Shown here: piece after piece, positions 51,133 through 58,782 of the stretch
Numbering within the stretch: the first letter of the stretch is position 1
How the letters are laid out: every line of letters starts with the position of its first letter
Source: an uncultured virus (IMG/VR IMGVR_UViG_3300030451_003166)
Lineage: Duplodnaviria; Heunggongvirae; Uroviricota; Caudoviricetes; Crassvirales
Length of the DNA stretch: 64,000 nt
Virus record (IMG/VR): IMGVR_UViG_3300030451_003166
Strand: one strand, 5' to 3'
The notes under the pieces: generated by a model
Told to the model about the DNA's origin: nothing
Seen by the model: only the letters and a program-made list of their open reading frames with translations
Database searches by the model: none
Made by a program: the position numbers and the translations under genes

Positions 51133-51672
51133 TTAACAGTTCCATCTACGTCTAGCAGCTCGACCTCTTTCACCGGTCCAGCCTCTTGATCTAGCGCAAA
51201 ATGATTTTCTACGATTAGCAGCTTTACTACCTTTTTTTAATTTTGAAGGTGGTGTTGTTACAGCTGTTTTTAATTTACTACCTGGATTTTTACGTTTGTA
51301 CTCATCAACACCTTTTTGTGTCATACCACCACCTGCCGCAGCTCCTGTTCCAGTTGGTTTTGCTTTATTAAAGTTTTTACCAGGACCTATAGTTCTACGC
51401 ACATCTGGTTTTTTTAACGGTGTTTCAAGTACAGCTTTGTCACCAGGAAAACTATAATCTTTACCTGGCTTCATTATTTTCTTTTTACCTGTTGTTAATC
51501 CTTCACCAACTATCTTACCCTTCTCAAGAGGTTTGCCATCGTTTTCAGACATGCTAATCTTATTAGAAGGTATTATGTTTTGTTTGTTGTTTACATCTGG
51601 ACTATCTTTTCTATATCCTGTATTTGTAACTTTCGTACCAGGATAAGGAAAGCCTTTCATTTTAAATCCCAT
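51133..51672 (-). CDS. Lys-rich protein with FKMKG tag
   Basis: MGFKMKGFPYPG; ETPLKK; C-terminal RRKSFCARS...RRWNC module. Confidence 0.65.
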   Translation of the reverse strand: MGFKMKGFPYPGTKVTNTGYRKDSPDVNNKQNIIPSNKISMSENDGKPLEKGKIVGEGLTTGKKKIMKPGKDYSFPGDKAVLETPLKKPDVRRTIGPGKNFNKAKPTGTGAAAGGGMTQKGVDEYKRKNPGSKLKTAVTTPPSKLKKGSKAANRRKSFCARSRGWTGERGRAARRRWNC

Positions 51673-51681
51673 ATTTATATA

Positions 51682-52053
51682 TTATGATACGTTGCTACTT
51701 GACGCTCTACGTCTACCCATACCAACTTTGTTTTTAGCTGCTACAACTTTACGTTTCTCGCCTTTACTCATTTCACTCCAGGTTTTAGGTGATTTGCTAT
51801 TTACAGATCTTGAAGGTCTGCAAACTTTAGTTGATTGATTCTTTTCAGAACCACACTCATTACCTTTGTTATCAGTCCACTTTTCTTTAAACCATCTTTT
51901 TAAATTAAGTCCAGCTTGTGTCTTTCTAACTTTAGCTGGAGAAGATTTACGACAACTACCTTTTGAACCAGGTGCCGTGCCAGGTACACGCTCGTAACCT
52001 TTCCAACAAGGAAGAGGACTATTCTTTTTAAATTTAGACTTAATATCGTACAT
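51682..52053 (-). CDS. basic Cys-containing protein with SPxK motifs
   Basis: SPLPCWKGYERVPG...GSC, SSPAKV, LKRWFKEKW. Confidence 0.6.
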   Translation of the reverse strand: MYDIKSKFKKNSPLPCWKGYERVPGTAPGSKGSCRKSSPAKVRKTQAGLNLKRWFKEKWTDNKGNECGSEKNQSTKVCRPSRSVNSKSPKTWSEMSKGEKRKVVAAKNKVGMGRRRASSSNVS

Positions 52054-52394
52054 TACTTTTTACCGCCTTTTTTCTTTCTACACTTAGCTATCATACCACT
52101 TGCGTATGCTGATGGAAATACTTTGTGAGCTGCCTTTGCTTTGTAATAACAGTCATCTTTTAATTTAGCAGGAGATGCAGCACCTTTCTTTGCGTGCGCT
52201 GCTGCGCCAGCTAAACCTAACGCACCTTTAGCTAAACCTGTTATAGAGTCCATGCCTTTTGATTTTGCTTTTTCTGATTTTTTTTGAGCGTCGACCTCGG
52301 ATTGTTTTGCAGCATTTACTGCTTTGACTACGTCTGTATCCATCTTCATTGGAGACTTACCTGGATATGCGTAACCTTTCATTTTGAATCCCAT
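52053..52394 (-). CDS. Lys-rich protein with FKMKG tag (first gene of late block)
   Basis: MGFKMKGYAYPGKSPMKM; ASPAKL. Confidence 0.65.
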   Translation of the reverse strand: MGFKMKGYAYPGKSPMKMDTDVVKAVNAAKQSEVDAQKKSEKAKSKGMDSITGLAKGALGLAGAAAHAKKGAASPAKLKDDCYYKAKAAHKVFPSAYASGMIAKCRKKKGGKK

Positions 52395-52425
52395 ACTGAT
52401 TATTTTTAGATTACTATATATTCAT

Positions 52426-52454
52426 AATTATTACACGTAAAATATAGTATTTAC
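52426..52454 (-). promoter_or_regulatory. putative late-class promoter GTAAA-N15-GTAATAATT heading the late block
   Basis: Intergenic, 32 bp upstream of the first - strand gene. Confidence 0.55.
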
Positions 52455-52472
52455 AATTGCATGTTTTAAAAG

Positions 52473-52519
52473 TGTGACAATAGCTTGTTACTAAGTATAC
52501 TTATAAGGCTTATGTCACA
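52473..52519. promoter_or_regulatory. inverted-repeat element TGTGACA-N33-TGTCACA
   Basis: Second copy at 60549-60594. Confidence 0.6.
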
Positions 52520-52700
52520 AAAAAAAGTTGTTATAAATTTTGGGGTGAAGTATTGCTCCCCCCTACTGCACCACCACCCCACCATGGAAAACGCATATTT
52601 TATGGCCACCCCCGGCCTCGTATTTATATATATTATCATTGTTTTGTCGTTTTTGTATTGTAAATTTATTTTTATTTATTACTAATTATTTTTACAACGT

Positions 52701-52724
52701 AAATACGAAGTTATGTTGATAATA
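52701..52724 (+). promoter_or_regulatory. early promoter motif copy 1 (AAATACG-N10-GATAATA)
   Basis: Exact motif, 9 copies found in the early region. Confidence 0.7.
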
Positions 52725-52839
52725 TATATGTAAAAAGAAACAAACAAAAATAAAATTAAATTGTAAACAGTGACAAAACGGCCAACAACATACAACTATA
52801 AAATAACTAATAAACAAAGTATCTACTTTTATACAATGT

Positions 52840-52863
52840 AAATACGGCTAACAAAAGATAATA
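52840..52863 (+). promoter_or_regulatory. early promoter motif copy 2
   Basis: AAATACG-gctaacaaaa-GATAATA. Confidence 0.7.
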
Positions 52864-52901
52864 TAATAAAATAAATGTTTAACTAAATAAAAATAATAAT
52901 T

Positions 52902-53138
52902 ATGAGTAAATTAAATGTAATTGAGTCTAAAAGATTCGTAGTAAGAAAATCCTTAATCGGTAAAAATCAAGTAATAGTATTCACAAATAAAAAAGGTGAC
53001 GTTATTAAGTACAATCACGACAAAGTGTATGAAATTATGAAGTCAAAACTAGAAAACATGCCATGTTGGAATAAGTACAAAAGTTACACAGCTACTAACA
53101 ATATTCCGTTAGTGTGTAGAAATGTAGAAATACTATAA
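52902..53138 (+). CDS. early hypothetical protein
   Basis: First ORF after promoter copies 1-2. Confidence 0.65.
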   Translation: MSKLNVIESKRFVVRKSLIGKNQVIVFTNKKGDVIKYNHDKVYEIMKSKLENMPCWNKYKSYTATNNIPLVCRNVEIL

Positions 53139-53147
53139 CAAAAAACT

Positions 53148-53310
53148 TAGTCATAAAAAACTGTGTGTGAAGTGCTGATTAGCACACAGTGACTAGACAC
53201 CTAGTTGAGTGGCATTTAGGGTGTTCTAAAAAATGCGAATGTACCATGTCGTTTGGTCGACAATAGTAGTCATGGTGTGCAATGTGAGTTCGATTCTCAC
53301 ACTACTACTA
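53148..53310 (+). ncRNA. structured intergenic RNA ending in a tRNA-like acceptor/T-arm module
   Basis: Stems TAGTCA/TGACTA, ACTGTG/CACAGT, GCATTT/AAATGC, TGTCG/CGACA; TAGTAGT/ACTACTA enclosing GTGAG-TTCGATT-CTCAC. Confidence 0.5.
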
Positions 53311-53336
53311 ATGTTTAACTAATAAAATATAATACT

Positions 53337-53609
53337 ATGTGGAAAAATGTAGATAAAACTAGACTTCACCGAGAAGCGTTAAAGCATGCTTGGTTTAATA
53401 TGGACACTTCAAATTTACCTGAAGTAAAAACAATAACTGTCACTATGGATAAATATCCTGCTCGATTAGGTTATGGTACAGTAAAGATAGAAAGTGATGG
53501 ACCAAATGGTTACTGTTCTTACACTTCAATAAGAGAAAATCCTTTCTTATACTTAAGTGAAAACGAAAAGTTTTTATCAGGTGAATATGAACTAATAATC
53601 ATAGAGTAA
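53337..53609 (+). CDS. early hypothetical protein
   Basis: ORF with A-rich leader. Confidence 0.6.
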   Translation: MWKNVDKTRLHREALKHAWFNMDTSNLPEVKTITVTMDKYPARLGYGTVKIESDGPNGYCSYTSIRENPFLYLSENEKFLSGEYELIIIE

Positions 53610-53681
53610 TATGTATATAGTAGAATTTATAATACACTTAACAGTAATTGGTAGTATTTGTGCTTATATGGAATACATAAT

Positions 53682-53705
53682 AAATACGAATAAAGAAAGA
53701 TAATA
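53682..53705 (+). promoter_or_regulatory. early promoter motif copy 3
   Basis: AAATACG-aataaagaaa-GATAATA. Confidence 0.7.
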
Positions 53706-53854
53706 TAATAAACTAATAAATATGACTAAAGAATTTTATAAATTAGCAGATTATTACGCTCACAAACTATTCAGTGAGTTCGGCTATGATACTTGTAAGT
53801 ATGATGAGAGACAAATAATTTTAGAAATAGTATTAAACAAAATAAATAAAAAAG

Positions 53855-54169
53855 ATGAAGAAAATTAAATTATGTGTAGCAGGCTTGCTACTAAGCGGAA
53901 TGAGTTATGGACAAAGTGTAAATGAGTATGGAGCAGACTACCAACTAATGAGTTATTGTGACTCTGTAAAGGTCGAGCACTTCAATAAGTTTCAAGAAAT
54001 AGAATATCGACTAATGGATTTAATAGATGCAGTGAGAATGGATATGTACTACGGTAGAATTAGTCAAGACAATGGTGCTTACTATATCAATGAAATAGCT
54101 CAACTACAGTACGAGAACAAGCAATTAATGGCAACAATTTTTGTAAACTTTCCAAACAATAGAAAATGA
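53855..54169 (+). CDS. early exported hypothetical protein
   Basis: Signal peptide MKKIKLCVAGLLLSGMSYG-Q. Confidence 0.6.
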   Translation: MKKIKLCVAGLLLSGMSYGQSVNEYGADYQLMSYCDSVKVEHFNKFQEIEYRLMDLIDAVRMDMYYGRISQDNGAYYINEIAQLQYENKQLMATIFVNFPNNRK

Positions 54170-54352
54170 AATATACACATACTACAATAAGTAAAGATGG
54201 TACAGAGAAAAGAGAATATACTATCGATAAAGAAAATAATGTAACAGAAAAGATAACGTTTAACCATGATTTGATAGAGTTTGACAAGTGGTTTGCTAAG
54301 TTAGAAGAAGAATATAATGAAGAACAAGCAAACAAATACTATTAAACAATAT

Positions 54353-54376
54353 AAATACGAATCACTAAAGATAATA
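54353..54376 (+). promoter_or_regulatory. early promoter motif copy 4
   Basis: AAATACG-aatcactaaa-GATAATA, 5 bp before ATG. Confidence 0.7.
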
Positions 54377-54381
54377 TAAAC

Positions 54382-54645
54382 ATGAAAATAACATTGACAA
54401 AATATAAAGGCAACACAGTGTACTCACTATATGTAGAAAAATACGGTGAACAACATCACTTAGGCTACATAAATGCCAAAGAACTAGACGAGTTACTTCC
54501 AAAAGATGTAGAGCAGAAGTATGAAGAAATCAAAAAACCGTGTCCTGAAGCGCAAAAACTAGCAGCTTGTATCGGTGCAATGATAAAAGCAGACAAGACT
54601 TACTTTACAGATAGTATGGGTAATCATAGAGACGGACTAGACTAA
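54382..54645 (+). CDS. early hypothetical protein
   Basis: ORF directly after promoter copy 4. Confidence 0.6.
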   Translation: MKITLTKYKGNTVYSLYVEKYGEQHHLGYINAKELDELLPKDVEQKYEEIKKPCPEAQKLAACIGAMIKADKTYFTDSMGNHRDGLD

Positions 54646-54713
54646 TGGCAGGGTGGGTAGTGTTTGCCGCTATAGTAATGTGGCTGATTAGACAAATTAG
54701 AGAATATGAGTGA
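54645..54713 (+). CDS. 22-aa membrane peptide
   Basis: MAGWVVFAAIVMWLIRQIREYE; coupled on both sides (TAATG, TGATG). Confidence 0.5.
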   Translation: MAGWVVFAAIVMWLIRQIREYE

Positions 54714-54874
54714 TGAAACTAAGTAATAAGCAGAAGAGTAAGATAAGACGAGAGGTAGATTTAGAGTTAGGTAATTTACCTTACAAACAGAAAATACATA
54801 AAAACAAGAAAAGATATGATAGAAAAAAGTATAAAAATATTGACAGGCGTAATAGTAACGGTGATAATGTCTAG
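54713..54874 (+). CDS. 53-aa basic protein, ArfA-like pattern
   Basis: PYKQKIHKNKKRYDRKKYK; coupled start. Confidence 0.5.
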   Translation: MKLSNKQKSKIRREVDLELGNLPYKQKIHKNKKRYDRKKYKNIDRRNSNGDNV

Positions 54875-54983
54875 TTGTGCTACTCAAACTGTAGAGTTTT
54901 CACACCCACTAGACATGGAATTAACACAAGAAGAGTGGTATGATGAGCAAATTGACTGCGAAAACTGTGATGAAATTGACTAA
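54816..54983 (+). CDS. 55-aa putative lipoprotein
   Basis: MIEKSIKILTGVIVTVIMSS-C lipobox; C-terminal DCENCDEID. Confidence 0.5.
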   Translation: MIEKSIKILTGVIVTVIMSSCATQTVEFSHPLDMELTQEEWYDEQIDCENCDEID

Positions 54984-54992
54984 TTACAAAAC

Positions 54993-55016
54993 AAATACGA
55001 CAATAGCAAGATAATA
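54993..55016 (+). promoter_or_regulatory. early promoter motif copy 5
   Basis: AAATACG-acaatagcaa-GATAATA. Confidence 0.7.
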
Positions 55017-55044
55017 TATACGTAAAACATAAAAATAAACATAT

Positions 55045-55236
55045 ATGAACACAATTAAACACTTAAAAAACGACTACATTAAAGTAAACAACATAGTATA
55101 CAAACCATATACGCTACATGAGTTACCAGCTAACTTCGGTTGTATTGGTTGGCAACGCGACCCTGATGGTAATATTACCAAAGAAGGTATTAGCGAGTGG
55201 ATAAAGTACAAAGGTTATGTTTATATTGCAGAGTAA
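55045..55236 (+). CDS. early hypothetical protein
   Basis: ORF after promoter copy 5. Confidence 0.6.
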   Translation: MNTIKHLKNDYIKVNNIVYKPYTLHELPANFGCIGWQRDPDGNITKEGISEWIKYKGYVYIAE

Positions 55237-55445
55237 TGAAGTGTAAATGTGGAAATATAATACCTGAAGGCAGAGTTAATCTTGGTTACAAAGTTTGTGT
55301 AGACTGCTCCTCCACCGAGCGATACGGGTGTGTACCTATCACCTATCACAAGACCGGTAATTCCATACAGATTATGTCAAGCAGTGACGCGGCTAAAATA
55401 GCCAAGATGACTCGCCGAAAAGGTTATGGAACAATGTTAGGATAA
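55236..55445 (+). CDS. DksA/TraR-type C4 zinc-finger protein
   Basis: MKCKCGNIIPEGRVNLGYKVCVDC; coupled TAATG start. Confidence 0.55.
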   Translation: MKCKCGNIIPEGRVNLGYKVCVDCSSTERYGCVPITYHKTGNSIQIMSSSDAAKIAKMTRRKGYGTMLG

Positions 55446-55448
55446 TAT

Positions 55449-55509
55449 ACGAGGGTAAGATAAGGTGGAATTGGCCCGACCAGTAGGTAACGAACACCCT
55501 TATCCTCGT
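55449..55509 (+). ncRNA. intergenic stem-loop / small structured RNA
   Basis: ACGAG..GATAAGG pairs with CCTTATC-CTCGT; inner TTGG/CCAG hairpin. Confidence 0.4.
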
Positions 55510-55524
55510 TTTCCAACATAAACT

Positions 55525-55548
55525 AAATACGATAATAGTAAGATAATA
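55525..55548 (+). promoter_or_regulatory. early promoter motif copy 6
   Basis: AAATACG-ataatagtaa-GATAATA. Confidence 0.7.
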
Positions 55549-55705
55549 TAAATATGAAATACGAAATAACATACGAAGATTGGATAGGCATGGGGTGTAT
55601 TGAAGAAATATCTGCTACTGACGAGAAAGAAGCGGTTATGAAACTACAACTAAAGCTTATAGATGAAGGTGATTTAATGACTAAACTAATAGAAACTAAA
55701 GAGAT

Positions 55706-55912
55706 ATGAAGTGTATAACAGTATTAGACTTTGAAATAGGAAAAGTATTTCAATATGAAGTAATGAGACAAGAAGGTTGGAATCCTGACGCTGAAAGTAT
55801 AGAAGAATTTTTATCTAGTGTTGGTCACAACTTAAGTAATTGTGAGTGGATGGTACATAATGACTCTGAAATAGCTTGTAGAAAAGCTCAGTGGACAAGA
55901 TTTACAAAATAA
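55706..55912 (+). CDS. early hypothetical protein
   Basis: ITVLDF..GKVFQY...NCEWM. Confidence 0.6.
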   Translation: MKCITVLDFEIGKVFQYEVMRQEGWNPDAESIEEFLSSVGHNLSNCEWMVHNDSEIACRKAQWTRFTK

Positions 55913-55934
55913 ATACGATAATAGTAAGATAATA
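55911..55934 (+). promoter_or_regulatory. early promoter motif copy 7
   Basis: Identical to copy 6. Confidence 0.7.
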
Positions 55935-55950
55935 TAATAAAATTAAAATT

Positions 55951-56523
55951 ATGAAAATGAAAGATTACAACGGCGACCCAAGATATTGGGCTATATGGGA
56001 AAAGATGCAACTGCTTGGTATTCAAGACGTTAGCACTGAAAGACAAGATAAAAACGGCACAATCGAGTGGCAGTTACCAATCAAAAACAACTGGCCTAAC
56101 TCAGACCCAGAGTACATTAGAGTAGCTTCTTTTGCTAGCGGTTATGTAAGAAATCAAAACAGTGGTTATAGTAACTATCAGCTTAACAAAAGATGTATGA
56201 GCGAGCCAACATACTACCCAAGTCACAAGTGGGTTGATGGCAAACAAGTGCCAGATGGCAAGTATTACAAGTTTCAAACAAGAGGTTGTAAGTTAATACC
56301 AATAGAAATAGAAAGACTTGAATATATGCTAGAATATTGTATTAAAAACTACTACATTAAGCATGCTAATCAAGTACCAAATGGTGATTATGTGCCTAAA
56401 TGGAGATACGAGTTTGATATGGAAAACGCTGCAAAAGATACAGCACACGCTGTAGAACAATGGCAAAACAAAGTTCCAAAAGTATCAGTAATAGTAAACG
56501 GACAAAAGTATAATGTAACATGA
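55951..56523 (+). CDS. early hypothetical protein
   Basis: 190-aa ORF after promoter copy 7. Confidence 0.65.
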   Translation: MKMKDYNGDPRYWAIWEKMQLLGIQDVSTERQDKNGTIEWQLPIKNNWPNSDPEYIRVASFASGYVRNQNSGYSNYQLNKRCMSEPTYYPSHKWVDGKQVPDGKYYKFQTRGCKLIPIEIERLEYMLEYCIKNYYIKHANQVPNGDYVPKWRYEFDMENAAKDTAHAVEQWQNKVPKVSVIVNGQKYNVT

Positions 56524-56726
56524 AAAAGAAAATATTTTGGAGCGATGAAGCCCATGTACATTGCCACAGAAACAATGGAAAATTGAGAGGTGGCTTGTAT
56601 TTCAGAGCGTTTGACTTAGTTAAATTTATGAAACTAGTAGAAAAAGAAGAAGGAGAAGTAGTCGGATTAGAGTTCGAGGGTAATAATGTAAATGTAATAA
56701 TAAAAGAGCATGAAGAAAATAATTGA
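56520..56726 (+). CDS. early hypothetical protein
   Basis: ATGA overlap with upstream ORF. Confidence 0.55.
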   Translation: MKKKIFWSDEAHVHCHRNNGKLRGGLYFRAFDLVKFMKLVEKEEGEVVGLEFEGNNVNVIIKEHEENN

Positions 56727-56923
56727 ATTTTTTTGGAGTAATAATAATAAAATGTTAATGGAAAACTTAGAAAAATATGAGCAAAAAGAGAAAATTAAAC
56801 AGCAAAAATCCAAAATACTGGGACAAAAGCAAGTTAACCGAAAAACCAATAAAAGAAAAGAAACTGTTTTGCACGGTTAAAGGTGTCAAAGTATATGGAG
56901 TATGGTATAAATAACGAGGTGAG

Positions 56924-57070
56924 GGTGGTAGCGCGTGAGATGTGTATGAGCAGCCAGTACTACTGGGTAAGTCTCAGTCTTACTCACTTGGCAGAACGGC
57001 AGGATAAAGCAAAAATGGTGAGAAACTGGTTTGAAGTCCACACCATAGAACCACACCTGCCCGACTTCGT
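56924..57070 (+). ncRNA. multi-stem structured RNA candidate
   Basis: ACGAGG/CTTCGT closing stem; CCAGT/ACTGG, GGTAAG/CTTACT, GGCAGG/CCTGCC, ATGGTG/CACCAT; GC-richer than flanks. Confidence 0.45.
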
Positions 57071-57079
57071 TTACAATAC

Positions 57080-57103
57080 AAATACGAATAAAGCAAGATA
57101 ATA
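57080..57103 (+). promoter_or_regulatory. early promoter motif copy 8
   Basis: AAATACG-aataaagcaa-GATAATA. Confidence 0.7.
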
Positions 57104-57130
57104 AACACGTAACAAATAAAATTAAATAAT

Positions 57131-57505
57131 ATGCAAGAACTTGAAAACAAGAAAGCTGCGTTAGAGCTTTTACAAAACGAAACTAACGAAAAACTAAACG
57201 ATTACAAGCAACAAATATCTATATTACAAAAGCAAATAGATGACTACAACAAACCAGCATTAACACCTATGTATATGGACAAGATATATGAGGCAATTGA
57301 GATTGGTGTTGATGGTTTTGACTTTGATGATACTGACAACTATGACATTGAGTACGGTATTGATTATGACGGTAGAGTACATTGTGAGAGCTTTGGATTT
57401 AGCAATGCGAGTGACTTAGTGCAAGAAGTTGCAGATGAAGTAATGAAGCTGTTCAGAGAAGCTGAGTGTCCAGATGAAGATGATAACCAAAAAAACCAAG
57501 ACTAA
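57131..57505 (+). CDS. early acidic coiled-coil protein
   Basis: N-terminal heptads, acidic C-terminal half. Confidence 0.6.
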   Translation: MQELENKKAALELLQNETNEKLNDYKQQISILQKQIDDYNKPALTPMYMDKIYEAIEIGVDGFDFDDTDNYDIEYGIDYDGRVHCESFGFSNASDLVQEVADEVMKLFREAECPDEDDNQKNQD

Positions 57506-57506
57506 T

Positions 57507-57740
57507 ATGAAAACGCTATATGATAGATTAAAACCACAGTACAAAGATGTAATATATTCTCATCAAGAAAAATATTCTACATCTATAAACTCTCTTATTG
57601 AGACGCTTAAAACAAAACATACTTGGTTTTCACTAGAGGTAAGTGACGTATCAACGTTTCTAACATTCACAGATGTACCATTATATAACCTAACTAGCTC
57701 AGACGTTATGTTTGGCTCTAAATTTTTTACAAATGAATAG
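57507..57740 (+). CDS. early hypothetical protein
   Basis: MKTLYDRLKP start just after the upstream stop. Confidence 0.55.
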   Translation: MKTLYDRLKPQYKDVIYSHQEKYSTSINSLIETLKTKHTWFSLEVSDVSTFLTFTDVPLYNLTSSDVMFGSKFFTNE

Positions 57741-57794
57741 AATAAAACCACTTACAAAACCAAAAGGAATTTTTTTAATTACAAACCCAGGAAA

Positions 57795-58049
57795 ATGACA
57801 GCATTACAAGTAGAAAAATATATAAGAGAAGATCTTGGTATGACACCAAGACATGATTGCCATGCATTAGCACAAGCGATAACAGATATATCGTTAGACA
57901 TGGACTATGATGAGTGCGAGCTAATGTATCTATTACTAGAAAATAGACCGATAGATGCCTTACACACTCATAGTTATGGCTTTCACACAAGAAACGGAAG
58001 AGAAATTATTAACAGAATGAAAAATTATTATTATGAGTACACAAGTTAA
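57795..58049 (+). CDS. early hypothetical protein
   Basis: ORF track. Confidence 0.55.
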   Translation: MTALQVEKYIREDLGMTPRHDCHALAQAITDISLDMDYDECELMYLLLENRPIDALHTHSYGFHTRNGREIINRMKNYYYEYTS

Positions 58050-58299
58050 ACAAGAATTACCTAAATGGTTTAAAGGTGTTGTTTATGACGAAGGAGCAGA
58101 AGTTAGAAACCCTTATTCAGGAGAATCAATATACTTAAACAATATAGAGTTAAGTATGTACGACCTTACAATGGGAGCTAGCACTGTATACGAGATGTTA
58201 AACGGCAACTGTAAACCACAAATAGTTAAAGATCTACGTAGAGGATTAGACTGGTTTAGAAAATATAACGCAAAAGCGTATATGATATTGTTAGACTAA
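58033..58299 (+). CDS. early hypothetical protein
   Basis: VRNPYSGES...GLDWFRKYNAKAYMILLD. Confidence 0.6.
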   Translation: MSTQVKQELPKWFKGVVYDEGAEVRNPYSGESIYLNNIELSMYDLTMGASTVYEMLNGNCKPQIVKDLRRGLDWFRKYNAKAYMILLD

Positions 58300-58763
58300 T
58301 GTTTTATTATTTACTAGGTTTTCTAATCGTAATATATATATATTATGGTTTAGAAGTTTATATACAAGAAAATAAGTTTAAAAAAAATAAAGGAAAAATG
58401 AGTACAAGAGCACAAATTAGATTCGCAACAAGAGAAGAAGGTGTATCGTTTAATGAACATCCAGAAAAATTTCACGCACAGTTTTATAAACACCACGACG
58501 GTTATCCTGAAGGATTAGGTATAGACTTAGCAACAACATTACTAGGTGGTAATAGTTCTGATGCTGTACCATTAGAAATAGACAGTTTAGACACAAGGCG
58601 TGGTGATGTAGAATATATATACTATATATGGCAAGCGCCATTAAAAACAACTTGGATAAGTATATTTGAAACTAGACCTTGGCAAGATGAAGAGGATAAA
58701 TGTATATTTGTAGGTGAACCACAAAAACTAATAAACAAATACAATACAAATACGAATGACTAA
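58299..58763 (+). CDS. hypothetical protein (possible internal start MSTRA at 58398)
   Basis: MSTRAQI...YKHHDGYPEGLG motif; N-terminal hydrophobic extension. Confidence 0.55.
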   Translation: MFYYLLGFLIVIYIYYGLEVYIQENKFKKNKGKMSTRAQIRFATREEGVSFNEHPEKFHAQFYKHHDGYPEGLGIDLATTLLGGNSSDAVPLEIDSLDTRRGDVEYIYYIWQAPLKTTWISIFETRPWQDEEDKCIFVGEPQKLINKYNTNTND

Positions 58764-58771
58764 AGATAATA
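58748..58771 (+). promoter_or_regulatory. early promoter motif copy 9
   Basis: AAATACG-aatgactaaa-GATAATA. Confidence 0.65.
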
Positions 58772-58782
58772 AAAATAAACAA

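Noticed and set aside
52485..52685. 66-aa + strand ORF in the switch region
   Set aside because: Non-ATG start; overlaps the inverted repeat and low-complexity C/T tracts; likely non-coding
53236..53310. Canonical tRNA gene
   Set aside because: T-arm present but no D or anticodon arm at tRNA spacing and no CCA; reported as tRNA-like instead
56883..57101. 72-aa GTG-start ORF
   Set aside because: Overlaps a strongly base-paired region and promoter copy 8; RNA interpretation preferred though not proven
52701..58771. Early repeats as a CRISPR array
   Set aside because: Copies are 140-1700 bp apart with ORFs between them and have a variable centre; no cas genes recognised
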